Positions 1-9,100 of a DNA stretch of 34,289 nucleotides are shown here, in pieces. The number at the start of each line of letters is the position of its first letter. Within the stretch, counting starts at the first letter, position 1. The notes under the pieces are model-generated. The model did no database searches and was not told the origin of the DNA. It saw only the letters and a list, made by a program, of their open reading frames with translations. Source of the DNA: a bacterium (lineage in GTDB: Bacteria; Armatimonadota; HRBIN16); assembly GCA_025054895.1 (NCBI GenBank), contig JANWYZ010000003.1, positions 1 to 34,289 on the forward strand, read 5' to 3'. A program made the translations under genes and the position numbers.

Positions 1-14
1 GGCTTGACGTTGCT

Positions 15-44
15 ACTTTACCATAGATGCAACATCTTTATCAA
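15..44 (-). promoter_or_regulatory. sigma70-type promoter pointing out of the left edge
   Basis: Minus strand TTGATA (44-39), N18, TAAAGT (20-15) with TGn extension; the spacer contains the palindrome AGATG-CAA-CATCT (25-37). Target gene is outside the window. Confidence 0.45.
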
Positions 45-77
45 CTGGGTTGGCGGGTGTTCGATTTTGCCCTTTTA

Positions 78-91
78 CAAACATCTGTTCA
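78..91. promoter_or_regulatory. possible Gram-positive-type LexA (SOS) box
   Basis: CAAACATCTGTTCA, reverse complement TGAACAGATGTTTG, fits GAAC-RNRY-GTTY. Confidence 0.3.
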
Positions 92-184
92 CTCACTATG
101 GAAATGGTGGGCTATAAAGAAGAAAAAAATTGCCTGCCAGGTAGGTTCCTCTATCATCCTTATTTTGAACATCCTCCGCACACC

Positions 185-214
185 TTGACAGAAGACAGCA
201 ACACCCTGTATAAT
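185..214 (+). promoter_or_regulatory. consensus sigma70 promoter of the tRNA cluster
   Basis: TTGACA (185-190), N18, TATAAT (209-214), 17 nt before tRNA-Glu. Confidence 0.85.
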
Positions 215-231
215 AAGAGCGCAAAGGTTGT

Positions 232-308
232 GGCCCCATCGTCTAGTGGACCAGGACACCTGGTTTTCAGCCAGGAGATCGGGGGTTCGAATCCCCCTGG
301 GGCTACCA
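232..308 (+). tRNA. tRNA-Glu (TTC)
   Basis: Acceptor GGCCCCA/TGGGGCT, anticodon arm CCTGG-TT TTC AG-CCAGG, T arm GGTTCGAATCC, encoded CCA. Confidence 0.97.
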
Positions 309-315
309 TTTCGGT

Positions 316-400
316 GCCGAGGTGGCGGAACTGGTAGACGCGCACGTTTGAGGGGCGTGTGCCGCAAGGCGTACGGGTTCAAGTCCCGTCCTCGGCACCA
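316..400 (+). tRNA. tRNA-Leu (GAG)
   Basis: Acceptor GCCGAGG/CCTCGGC, anticodon arm CACGT-TT GAG GG-GCGTG, long variable arm GCCGCAAGGC, GGTTCAAGTCC, CCA. Confidence 0.97.
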
Positions 401-406
401 ACAGGT

Positions 407-481
407 GGGCGATTAGCTCAGTGGCAGAGCGCCTCGTTCACACCGAGGAGGTCGGAGGTTCAAGTCCTCCATCGCCCACCA
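407..481 (+). tRNA. tRNA-Val (CAC)
   Basis: Acceptor GGGCGAT/ATCGCCC, D arm TAGCTCAGTGGCAGAGC, anticodon arm CCTCG-TT CAC AC-CGAGG, GGTTCAAGTCC, CCA. Confidence 0.97.
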
Positions 482-519
482 TACTACCCCTGCCCCTCTC
501 CCCTACACCATAACATCTC

Positions 520-538
520 GTAGCGAGGCACCCTCGCC
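520..538 (+). repeat. short GTAG-led palindrome (REP-like)
   Basis: GTAG overlapping GCGAGG-CAC-CCTCGC; shares arms with the 19343-19373 hairpin; no U-tract. Confidence 0.35.
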
Positions 539-580
539 AGAATCTGCCTATTGTGTTAAAAGATAGTTCGGTGGGAGTAG

Positions 581-1945
581 ATGAGCATCTTCGACAATAA
601 GCGGATACCTGCAGATAAACTGAATATAGACTGGGAGGGCATCCGGCGCGGCGATTACAGCGACCGCTATTTCTGGAACGGCATGACCATCCTAGCCCAT
701 CTGGCACGAGAGGGATACCGTTTCAACGGGCACTCCCCTATGCTGGAGGCGCAGGGTATTGCCGAATACCGTCACCTGCTCACCGGCGATACGGTCGTGG
801 AAATGCAGTGGTTTGCCCGGCGCAAGCCCTTTACGGTGGTAGCGGGCATCGACGCGGCAATCGCTATCCTCCAACGGTGCAGCGGACATTGGGAGGGCGG
901 CGCCTTCTTCCATAGGGGCGACCAGCTGGAGATCCTGGCGGTACAGGATGGCGACCTTGCTCCTTACGCGGGCAACCCGCTAGAGGTTACTCCGGTACTG
1001 AAAGTACGCGGACGCTACCGCGATTTTGCTATTCTGGAAACACCCACACTGGGTGTGCTTACCCGCGCCAGTCGTATCGCTACCAATACCTATCATCTGA
1101 TGCTGGCGGCGCGAGGTAAACCGGTGCTATTCTTTCCAGCTCGCTTTGACTTGCCTTCCACACAGGCGATAGACGGCTACGCCTATTATATTGGTGTACA
1201 GCGCTACAACCACGATACCGGAGGGAACACCCCTCCCTTCGTCTCCACCCCCGCGCAGGCATCTTTGTGGGGCGGACAGGCAGGCGGAACCGTCGCACAC
1301 GCCATGATTGCCTGCTTTCTGGGCGATACCACCGAACTGATGTTGCAGTTCGCACGCATTCTGCCCCCGAGCATACCCCGCATCGCGCTGGTAGACTTCC
1401 ATAACGACTGTGTGAAAACATCCCTGCAGGTCGCGAAGGCTTTCTTCGAACGCTATCGGAGGGCGGTAGAGTCTGGCAGTGACGAAGAAGCACAGCGTTA
1501 CAAATTGTTCGGTGTGCGTCCCGATACCGGCGGCGAACTACGCGACCGCAGCCTGCAACATCTCCCTGATGAGCCGTCCCTGTATGGCGTCTGCCCCGCG
1601 CTTATCCGTGCATTGCGTGAGGCGCTGGATAGGGCATGGGCGGACTGGAGCCTGTCCGGAGATTGGCGCGAGCGGGCGGCGGAATACTGTCGTCAAATTA
1701 AAATCGTGGCAACGGGCGGTTTTAATCTGCTGCGTATCCAGCAGTTCGAAGAGGAGGGCGTGCCCGTGGATATCTACGGCGTAGGCTCCTCTTTCTTCTC
1801 CAATAGCTCGGTCGACGGCACAGTGACCGACTACACCGCCGACGTGGTGCGCGTGAAGGTAGATGGACGCTGGGTACACATGGCGAAGGAGGGGCGCAGA
1901 GCCTGCGACAACCCCAACCTGAAACCTGTGGAGCAAAAGCTATGA
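581..1945 (+). CDS. pncB: nicotinate phosphoribosyltransferase-family protein
   Basis: 454 aa; YSDRYF, FFPARFD, GGTVAHAM (phospho-His motif equivalent), ALVDFHND, GVRPDT, IVATGGF, DIYGVGS motifs; GGGAG RBS. Confidence 0.8.
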   Translation: MSIFDNKRIPADKLNIDWEGIRRGDYSDRYFWNGMTILAHLAREGYRFNGHSPMLEAQGIAEYRHLLTGDTVVEMQWFARRKPFTVVAGIDAAIAILQRCSGHWEGGAFFHRGDQLEILAVQDGDLAPYAGNPLEVTPVLKVRGRYRDFAILETPTLGVLTRASRIATNTYHLMLAARGKPVLFFPARFDLPSTQAIDGYAYYIGVQRYNHDTGGNTPPFVSTPAQASLWGGQAGGTVAHAMIACFLGDTTELMLQFARILPPSIPRIALVDFHNDCVKTSLQVAKAFFERYRRAVESGSDEEAQRYKLFGVRPDTGGELRDRSLQHLPDEPSLYGVCPALIRALREALDRAWADWSLSGDWRERAAEYCRQIKIVATGGFNLLRIQQFEEEGVPVDIYGVGSSFFSNSSVDGTVTDYTADVVRVKVDGRWVHMAKEGRRACDNPNLKPVEQKL

Positions 1946-3129
1946 GCGAGCCGAGGCTACCCTCTGCGCAAGAGATTCAGGCGCACGTGCTGCGCAACCT
2001 GCAGTTCTGGGCAGAGCACGCGGTAGACCGCGAATACGGCGGTTTCTGGACACACCTCAACCGCGACGGCAGCCGATACGGCGACGGACAGAAGTTTCTG
2101 GTAATGCAGGCAAGGATGACATACGCTTTCGCCATTGCTTGCCTGTGGAGCGGAGACAGCGCATGGAAAGAGCTGGTAGAGCATGGCGCACGTTTCCTGC
2201 AGGAGAGGATGCACGACCCCAAATGCGGCGGCTGGTTCTGGACGGTCTCACGTGAGGGAGAAATCACCAACGGTAGCAAGATGGCATACGGGCACGCCTT
2301 TGCGGTCTATGCCCTCGCTTACGCAGGATACGCCCTCCGCAGCGATACCCTCCTCCATGACGCTGAAGAAGGATTGCACTGGATGTTGGAGCACCTGTGG
2401 GATACCGACAGAGGCGGCTACGTGCAGTCCCTCACCCGCTGTCTGTTTCCGCTCGACGATACCAAGCGGCTGGACACACAGCTGCACGCTCTGGAGGCAG
2501 CCTCAGCTGTGGCGGCGTTTTGCGGTTCCCCCTTCGCCAGAGAACACCTGTACGAGCTGGCGCAGGCTGTCGTCACACACACGCTTCACCCAAACGGCAG
2601 ATGCGCCCGCGAATGGTTCCTGAACGACTGGAGTGAAAACATCGACGCCACCGGAGGCAACGTGAGCATCGGGCACAACCTGGAGGCGGCGTGGTTCCTG
2701 CGTGTGGTAGGACTGCAGCTGCACACTGAACAGTTCAACCATATTGCCGACACCCTGCTGCGCTTTTGCCTGCAATACGGCTGGGACCATGGGCGGAAAG
2801 CCTTCATCCAGACAGCGACGCCTGGAGGCAAACTGGTAGACCGGCATATCATCTACTGGACTCAGGGCGAGGCGCTGGGCGCGCTATCCCTCTGGTGGCG
2901 CTTAACGGCAGAAGCGGAGTATCGCGAACGGCTGGCGCAGGTGTGTCACACGGTGCTGACCTTCTTCCACGACGCTGATTATGGCGACTATTTTGAAACA
3001 CTGGACGAAAATTGCCAGCCCACGCATACCTACAAAGGCAGCGCATGGAAGGCAGCCTACCACCTCACGCAAGCGTGGTGGCACGTTGCAGGAAACCTGT
3101 ACGAGCACGAAGCAAGGGACGTGCTATGA
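1942..3129 (+). CDS. AGE-family epimerase/isomerase (cellobiose/mannobiose 2-epimerase-like)
   Basis: 395 aa; D-x-x-YGGF, K-x-LVMQAR, YGHAF, LHALEA, GHNLE, W-x-QGE, WK-x-x-YH motifs; ATGA overlap with the upstream gene. Confidence 0.88.
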   Translation: MSEPRLPSAQEIQAHVLRNLQFWAEHAVDREYGGFWTHLNRDGSRYGDGQKFLVMQARMTYAFAIACLWSGDSAWKELVEHGARFLQERMHDPKCGGWFWTVSREGEITNGSKMAYGHAFAVYALAYAGYALRSDTLLHDAEEGLHWMLEHLWDTDRGGYVQSLTRCLFPLDDTKRLDTQLHALEAASAVAAFCGSPFAREHLYELAQAVVTHTLHPNGRCAREWFLNDWSENIDATGGNVSIGHNLEAAWFLRVVGLQLHTEQFNHIADTLLRFCLQYGWDHGRKAFIQTATPGGKLVDRHIIYWTQGEALGALSLWWRLTAEAEYRERLAQVCHTVLTFFHDADYGDYFETLDENCQPTHTYKGSAWKAAYHLTQAWWHVAGNLYEHEARDVL

Positions 3130-3188
3130 TAGACCTATCGCTCGCACTGGGCACGCTGTTGTAGCCACCGCTGAAGGCACGGTAAAAG

Positions 3189-5726
3189 CTACCCCCTCAC
3201 TTCTACCTCCACCTTCTCCAGGTTAAAACCCCATACCTGCACGTGTCGTGGGTCGCAGGGTTCTGGGCAGGTGAACTCTACCGTGCGAGGCTCGCCCGGC
3301 AGCAGGAACAGGTAGTTATCGCTTACTTGCACTGCATCCTGTGGAAACACCAGATGCACGAAGTGCGCATACTGCTGCGAGCGCAGCTCGCATTCCCACT
3401 CGCACCCCTCCTGCCCTTTCAGGGTAAACACCGCTCTTACCGCTGCCTTCGGTATCTTCAAGCGATTCCACTCGGCAAAGAAGTGCACGTTATCGGGCGC
3501 GTGGTGTCCTCGCCTCACCTGCACTACCAAAAACTCCGACGCAGGGTCGGTTGCTGGCGCAAAGTGTAGCAACCGCTGGCTGCTGTTGGCAGGCAGTCGC
3601 ACGCGATGATGCTCCTCTGCAATCACCGTGCCATCCGTACGCATCCGGCGAACGCTCAGTTCACTGGACACCGATTCGGTACGGTCGTTCACGCCCCACA
3701 AGGTTACCGAGCCGTCCTCCTCCGGGCGGAAGGTGTATAACAACGGTGCGAAGGCGCGAGCGACATAATGGTATGCTCCTTTAGGGTTCAGATAGTAGTC
3801 TATCACGCTCCACGAGATGCCGGGCCAGCAGTCGTTCAGCTGCCAGAAGAGCGCGCCGCTACACTCGAACTTGCGCCGGCGGTAATGTTCAATACCGAAT
3901 TTCAACCCCTCTGCCTGTACGAACTGCGACAGCAACACGAACTCCTGAATGTCCTTCGGCTGCCACACGTGCGCCTCGAACATCTTCTCTTTGCGCGAGG
4001 TGTCGGGGTCTTTGATGCGATAGAGAAACCCCTCGCTATCGTAGAAAAACTGCTCCGGCGGGATGTTACGCTGCAAGGTGCGAAGCGCAGGTGAACCGTG
4101 CATTCCAAACTCGCTGATGAACCGCCCCTTGTCCTGCGCGTAGTGGCGGTAGGAGACGCCCTCTGGCGTGGGGTTGGAGCGAGGTTCTTCGTGGCTGGCG
4201 CGAGGGTAAATCATGCCCGCCCACACCTGCCAGTTGTGCTTGTCGCCTGCTTTGTCGCTGTTGGCATCATCGCCGCCCCAGGGGCTACCGTGCCAATAGG
4301 GACGGGATGGGTCGTGCCGAGCGCATACCTGAGGGAGCACCTCGTCGTAGATACGCTTGCCGAAGAGCGGAAAATCCGGCTCGTTCCAGTGGATCATGCT
4401 GTCGATCCACTGGTTCTCGTTGTTGCCACACCACAGAGCGATACAGGGGTGGTTGCGCAGCTGCTTCACCACTACCTCTGCCTCGCGTTGCACCTCTTTC
4501 ACAAAGTCTTCATCGTCGTCCGGGTAGGCGGCGCAGCTGAACATGAAATCCTGCCAGACCAGAATGCCCATCTCGTCGCAGGCGTTGTAAAACTCTGACG
4601 CCTCGTAAATTCCACCACCCCACACGCGCAGCATGTTCATGTTGGCGTCGCGCGCCATCTGCACCAGCTTGAGATAGCGCTCGGCAGGAATCGAGCCTAT
4701 GAGGTTATCGGCTGGGATCCAGTCCGCCCCCTTTGCGAAAATCTTCACGCCGTTGAGCACGAAGGTAAAGTTGGTGGTGTCCGGTTCCAGACCGGGCGAC
4801 TGGTCCACCTCTATCGTGCGCACCCCGAAACGCGCAGATTCACTATGCACCACCCTCGATCCATCCAGCAGTTCTGCCTCTATCGTGTAGAGATGCGGCG
4901 TGCCCAGGTCGTGCGTCCACCACAGCTGAGGCGATTCCATCCACAGGGTGGTCTGCGCATAGCCATCGATGACCGGCGCACTGGCACGCCAATCCTGACC
5001 ATGGTCGCGCACGAAGAAACTTACCACCAGCGGGCGTTTCTGCTCGCCAATGTGTTCTATCTCTGCACTCAAGCGCACCTCAGCGCCCTTCTCAGTGAGG
5101 CGGGCAGTGTAGGCAAACACGTGGGCGATACGCGCTGCCGAATGCGCCTCCAGTCGGACGGGGCGCCATACACCCACAGTGACGAAGCGCGGTCCCCAGT
5201 CCCATCCCCACCCCATCTGTGCTTTGCGCACCCACACGCGGGGCTTGTAAAACGCCGCCCAGTAGCGAGAAACGTCTTTCTTTTCCGCCTCCAGTACCAC
5301 GGGGTGGAAGCAAATTGCCAGAGTGTTCTCCTCGCCAAGGCGCAGCCTGTTGGTCACATCGAAGCGATAAGGCGTGAACATATTCTGCGCAGAGCCAATT
5401 TTCTCGCCGTTGAGATAGATGTCGGCAAGGGTATCCAGCCCCTCAAAAACAAGGTCAAATCGCTCGCTTTGCACATCAGCAGGCGCGGTAAAGCGAGTGC
5501 GATACCACCACTCGTAATCTTCCACCCAGCCGCAGGCTTCGGGGTTCTCGTTGTAGTAGGGGTCAGGCAAGATGCCTGCGCGAATCAGTGCGGTATGCAC
5601 ATCACCGGGCACATCCACCGTGATGGCTTCACGCCCGTGAAAGTGCTCGCGGTGCGCTCCCTCCTGAACGCCCTGTCCGGGTTCAAAGTAAAAAAGATGC
5701 CATGAGCCATTGAGAGATAATTGCAT
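3189..5726 (-). CDS. GH2 beta-mannosidase
   Basis: 845 aa; VPGDVH, FEGLDT, RKAQ..GWDWGP, KGADWIPAD, NMLRVWGGG, WQDFMF, WCGNNEN, RFISEFG, WQLNDCWP; AAGGAGG RBS. Confidence 0.93.
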   Translation of the reverse strand: MQLSLNGSWHLFYFEPGQGVQEGAHREHFHGREAITVDVPGDVHTALIRAGILPDPYYNENPEACGWVEDYEWWYRTRFTAPADVQSERFDLVFEGLDTLADIYLNGEKIGSAQNMFTPYRFDVTNRLRLGEENTLAICFHPVVLEAEKKDVSRYWAAFYKPRVWVRKAQMGWGWDWGPRFVTVGVWRPVRLEAHSAARIAHVFAYTARLTEKGAEVRLSAEIEHIGEQKRPLVVSFFVRDHGQDWRASAPVIDGYAQTTLWMESPQLWWTHDLGTPHLYTIEAELLDGSRVVHSESARFGVRTIEVDQSPGLEPDTTNFTFVLNGVKIFAKGADWIPADNLIGSIPAERYLKLVQMARDANMNMLRVWGGGIYEASEFYNACDEMGILVWQDFMFSCAAYPDDDEDFVKEVQREAEVVVKQLRNHPCIALWCGNNENQWIDSMIHWNEPDFPLFGKRIYDEVLPQVCARHDPSRPYWHGSPWGGDDANSDKAGDKHNWQVWAGMIYPRASHEEPRSNPTPEGVSYRHYAQDKGRFISEFGMHGSPALRTLQRNIPPEQFFYDSEGFLYRIKDPDTSRKEKMFEAHVWQPKDIQEFVLLSQFVQAEGLKFGIEHYRRRKFECSGALFWQLNDCWPGISWSVIDYYLNPKGAYHYVARAFAPLLYTFRPEEDGSVTLWGVNDRTESVSSELSVRRMRTDGTVIAEEHHRVRLPANSSQRLLHFAPATDPASEFLVVQVRRGHHAPDNVHFFAEWNRLKIPKAAVRAVFTLKGQEGCEWECELRSQQYAHFVHLVFPQDAVQVSDNYLFLLPGEPRTVEFTCPEPCDPRHVQVWGFNLEKVEVEVRG

Positions 5727-5749
5727 TCTCGGTACCTCCTTACCGCATA

Positions 5750-5779
5750 GTTATACAAGAGTTTCGGCAGGTTCGTCAA
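5750..5779 (-). promoter_or_regulatory. probable promoter of the beta-mannosidase gene
   Basis: Minus strand TTGACG (5779-5774), N18, TATAAC (5755-5750), just upstream of the AAGGAGG RBS. Confidence 0.5.
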
Positions 5780-5939
5780 GGCTGTGCAGACTACGAGCAA
5801 AGAGCATGAGCCTCTGGAGAGATGCACTCCGTCACTTTCCGACCACGCAAATCTACTCCCGCAACCAACGCGAAAGCCTGAGTGAAGCTCCCTGCAGGCA
5901 TGGCGGGGATAATCAGCGAATATGGTGCTATCTCTGCCT

Positions 5940-6041
5940 GGAGGCGAATCTCTTGGTGAGCCGCGCGTCCCCTCAGCCTTCGCTGCGAGAAGGATGGGAC
6001 GTACTTCTGCATCCGCAGGTCGGGAGGAGCCTTGCCATCCC
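5940..6041. repeat. inverted pair of degenerate GGAG-type REP-like units flanking a hairpin
   Basis: GGAGGCGAATCTCTTGGTGAGCCG (5940-5963) and, on the minus strand, GGATGGCAAGGCTCCTCCCGACCTG (6040-6016) align loosely; inner stems CGTCCC/GGGACG and CCTTC/GAAGG. Confidence 0.45.
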
Positions 6042-6109
6042 CGACAAAGGTTCGGGCGGACACCGGTTCTGCCGCATAACATTTTTTAGGGAGGTCATCT
6101 AAGCACAGG

Positions 6110-9100
6110 ATGAGGTCGTTGTTTCGGTTTACCGCGTTTGCCGGGGGTACTCTCCTTCTGGTAATCCAGTGCTTTGCCCAAACGGCTGTCCGCTTCGCCC
6201 GCTACCCCGCCCCTTCGCCCGATGGAAAGCAGATTGCTTTTTCATGGCAGGGCGACCTGTGGTTGGCAAGTAGCGCTGGAGGCGAGGCGAAGCGTCTCAC
6301 GGTGCATGAAGGTTACGACTTTGCGCCGCTGTGGTCGCCGGACGGAACGAAGATTGCCTTTACCTCCGACCGTTACGGCAACGATGATGTTTTCGTGCTG
6401 AACCTGCGCGACGGCACGATCCAGCGGTTGACATACTGGTCGGGGCGAGACCGTGCGCTCGGCTGGACGCCCGACGGCAAAGCAGTGCTACTGGAGTCCA
6501 CGCGCGATTGGGAACCTTACGGCGCAGAGCCGTGCGTGTATGTCGCCCCGCTATCGGGGACAACCCCGTATCGGCTGCACAACGTAACCGGCACACCGGC
6601 GGCTCTTTCACCGGACGGAGATAAACTCGCTTTCGTGAGGCGCGACTCCAGCTGGTGGCGCAAGGGCTACAAGGGCAGCGCAACCGGCGACATCTGGCTG
6701 CACGACCTGAAAACAGACAAATTCACCCGCCTGACGCAGACGGACACGCCGGATACCTTCCCGATGTGGTCGCCCGATGGCAGGACACTCTACTTCCTCT
6801 CCGAACGCGACGGCACTTACAACCTGTGGGCAATGGACTTGGACAGCAAGAGCGCAAAACAGATGACCCGCTACAAGGGAGACGGTGCGCGTTTTCCCCA
6901 AATCGCCCGCAACGGCAGCCTGATTGCCTACGAACAGGGCATGGACCTCTGTGCGCTCAACCCTGCGACAGGCGAGATACGCATCCTGAACATCACCGCT
7001 CCTGCCGCCGACGCCCGCAAACCGCAGGGTTTTTGGCAGCAAGTGCGCAGCGGCGATGTGGCTGAGTTTGCCATCGCACCCAACGGCAAAGAGGTAGCGT
7101 TGGTGGTACGTGGAGAGGTATTCGTAACCCGCTATCCCGAGGGCGGCGCAGCTCGTCGCCTGACGGAAACAGTGGAACCCGAATACGACCTTGCCTGGTC
7201 GCCTGATAGCAAGTCGCTGGTGTTCGCCTCCGAACGCGACGGAACCACCAGCCTGTATCTGGTTACCTCCGACGACCCAGATGAACCGCGTCTGCGCCGC
7301 ACGGCGAAGCTGAAGACCGAACGTTTGACGAACTCTCCTCTACCCGATACCTCACCTGTCTTTTCACCCGACGGCAAAAAACTCGCTTTCCGCCGCGGCA
7401 ACGGCGACCTGATGCTGTTGGATATGGAGACGAAGCAGGAAAGCGCTATCCTGCGTCACTGGAACCTGGGGCGTTTTGTGTGGTCGCCCGACAGCCGATG
7501 GCTTGCATACGAGATGGAAGACAACGAGTACAACAGCGACATCTACATCCTCTCTGTGGCGGACGGTAAGAGCGTTAACATCAGCCGTCACCCGAACAAT
7601 GACATCAACCCCTCCTGGTCGGCGGATGGGCGAGCCATCGCCTTTCTCTCCCAACGCGACGGGAAAACCTTCAACATCTGCTACCTGTTCTTACGCAAAG
7701 CGGACGACGAGAAGAGCAAAGCCGACTGGCAAGACGAGGAGGATGCCAGGCACGACGCTCCGAAAAAGCCGGAGGAGAAGCCGAAAGAGCCGAAGGAGCG
7801 CGAGCCTGTCCAGATCGATTTCGAGGACATCCATGACCGCGTGCGACAGGTGACGCGCTATGTCGGCGGTGTGCGGGAGCTCGCCCTCTCGCCTGACGGC
7901 AAAAAGATTGCATTCCACAGCAGCTACCAGGGGCAGAGCGACCTGTACGTGATTGACTGGGATGGAGGCAACGAGCGGCGGTTGACTACCGGCGGCGCAT
8001 CCCCTAACGACATCCGCTGGAGCAACGATGGGAACCAGATCACCTTCCTGAGCCGGGGACGCATCTCGCGCATCCCAGCCGCTGGAGGCAATGTACAAAG
8101 CACAGACCTCACCGCGCAAATGCGTGTAGACCTCGCCGCTGAGAGAGAGTACATCTATGATGCAGTGTGGCGCACCCTGAATCAGGTCTTCTATGACCAA
8201 AACTTTCATGGCGCCAACTGGGCCGCAATGCGCGGCAAGTACCGCGCTTACTTGCCGTATGTAAGCGAAGAGCGTGATTTTACCGCTGTGGTTTACATGC
8301 TGTTGGGCGAGCTGAACTCCTCGCACGTGGGTTTCACACCTCGCCAAATGACTAACCCCGAATCGACGGACACGGGAATGCTGGGGGTGGTATGGGCGAA
8401 TACACGTGATGGCGACGGGCTGCTCATTGAGTCAGTCATCCCGAACACCCCAGCCTCGCGTTCTGATGTGAATCTGAAACCTGGCGAGCGCGTGCTGGCA
8501 GTCAACGGCAGGCGCATTACTCCCACAACAGAGGTGTGGCAACTGTTCAACGGTACCGTCGGTGAGAAGACCGAGCTGCTCGTACGTTCGCAAGACGGCA
8601 AAGAGCGCACGGTCACCCTGCGCCCGATTTCTCCTGCCGACTTCCGCCGCGCCCGTTACGAGGTTTGGGTCAAGCGCAACCAGAAATGGGTGGAAGACCG
8701 TTCGGGCGGTGAGCTGGGCTATGTGCATATCCAGGGCATGGGCGAGCTGAATGTGTATGAGTTCATCCGCCAGTTGCATGCGGTCGCGTATGGCAAGAAG
8801 GGCTTATTGATTGACGTGCGCTTCAATGGTGGCGGCTGGACCACCGATTACCTGCTGGCAATCCTGATGGCGAGGCGCCATGCTTATACGCTCTCGCGCG
8901 GGGGCGAGCCAGGCTATCCTCAAGACCGCTTGCCTCTGTATGTGTGGACGAAGCCAATAGCCGTACTGTGCAATGAGCGCAGCTTCAGTAACGCCGAGAT
9001 TTTCACGCACGCCATCAAGACGTTGAAGCGCGGTCCGGTCATCGGCGTGCCAACAGCAGGCGGAGTCATCAGCACAGGCAGGCGGGCTCTGATGGATGGC

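Noticed and set aside
407-481. tRNA 3' ends as integration (att) sites for an island
   Set aside because: No integrase and no meaningful duplicated tRNA 3' end. The TCGCCCACCA match near 23640 is a short chance hit inside ftsQ.
50-707. Short ORFs overlapping the tRNA cluster
   Set aside because: They overlap three well-formed tRNAs and their promoter and show no protein-like motifs.
3161-3183. GTAG-CC-ACCG...CGGT between the convergent epimerase and mannosidase
   Set aside because: GTAG-led but only a 4-bp stem; too weak to call a REP or terminator.
4845-5705. 286-aa plus-strand ORF
   Set aside because: Antisense shadow of the GH2 gene; no recognisable domain.
5585-6102. ORFs of 90-165 aa across the mannosidase-protease gap
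   Set aside because: No good RBS or motif, and they cross a promoter and palindromic repeats. A small gene cannot be fully excluded without a homology search.
6200-8050. Recurring TCGCC(C/G/T)GA(C/T)GG sequences resembling a repeat array
   Set aside because: They encode the WSPDG blades of the protease propellers; spacing is irregular and in-frame, so not CRISPR.
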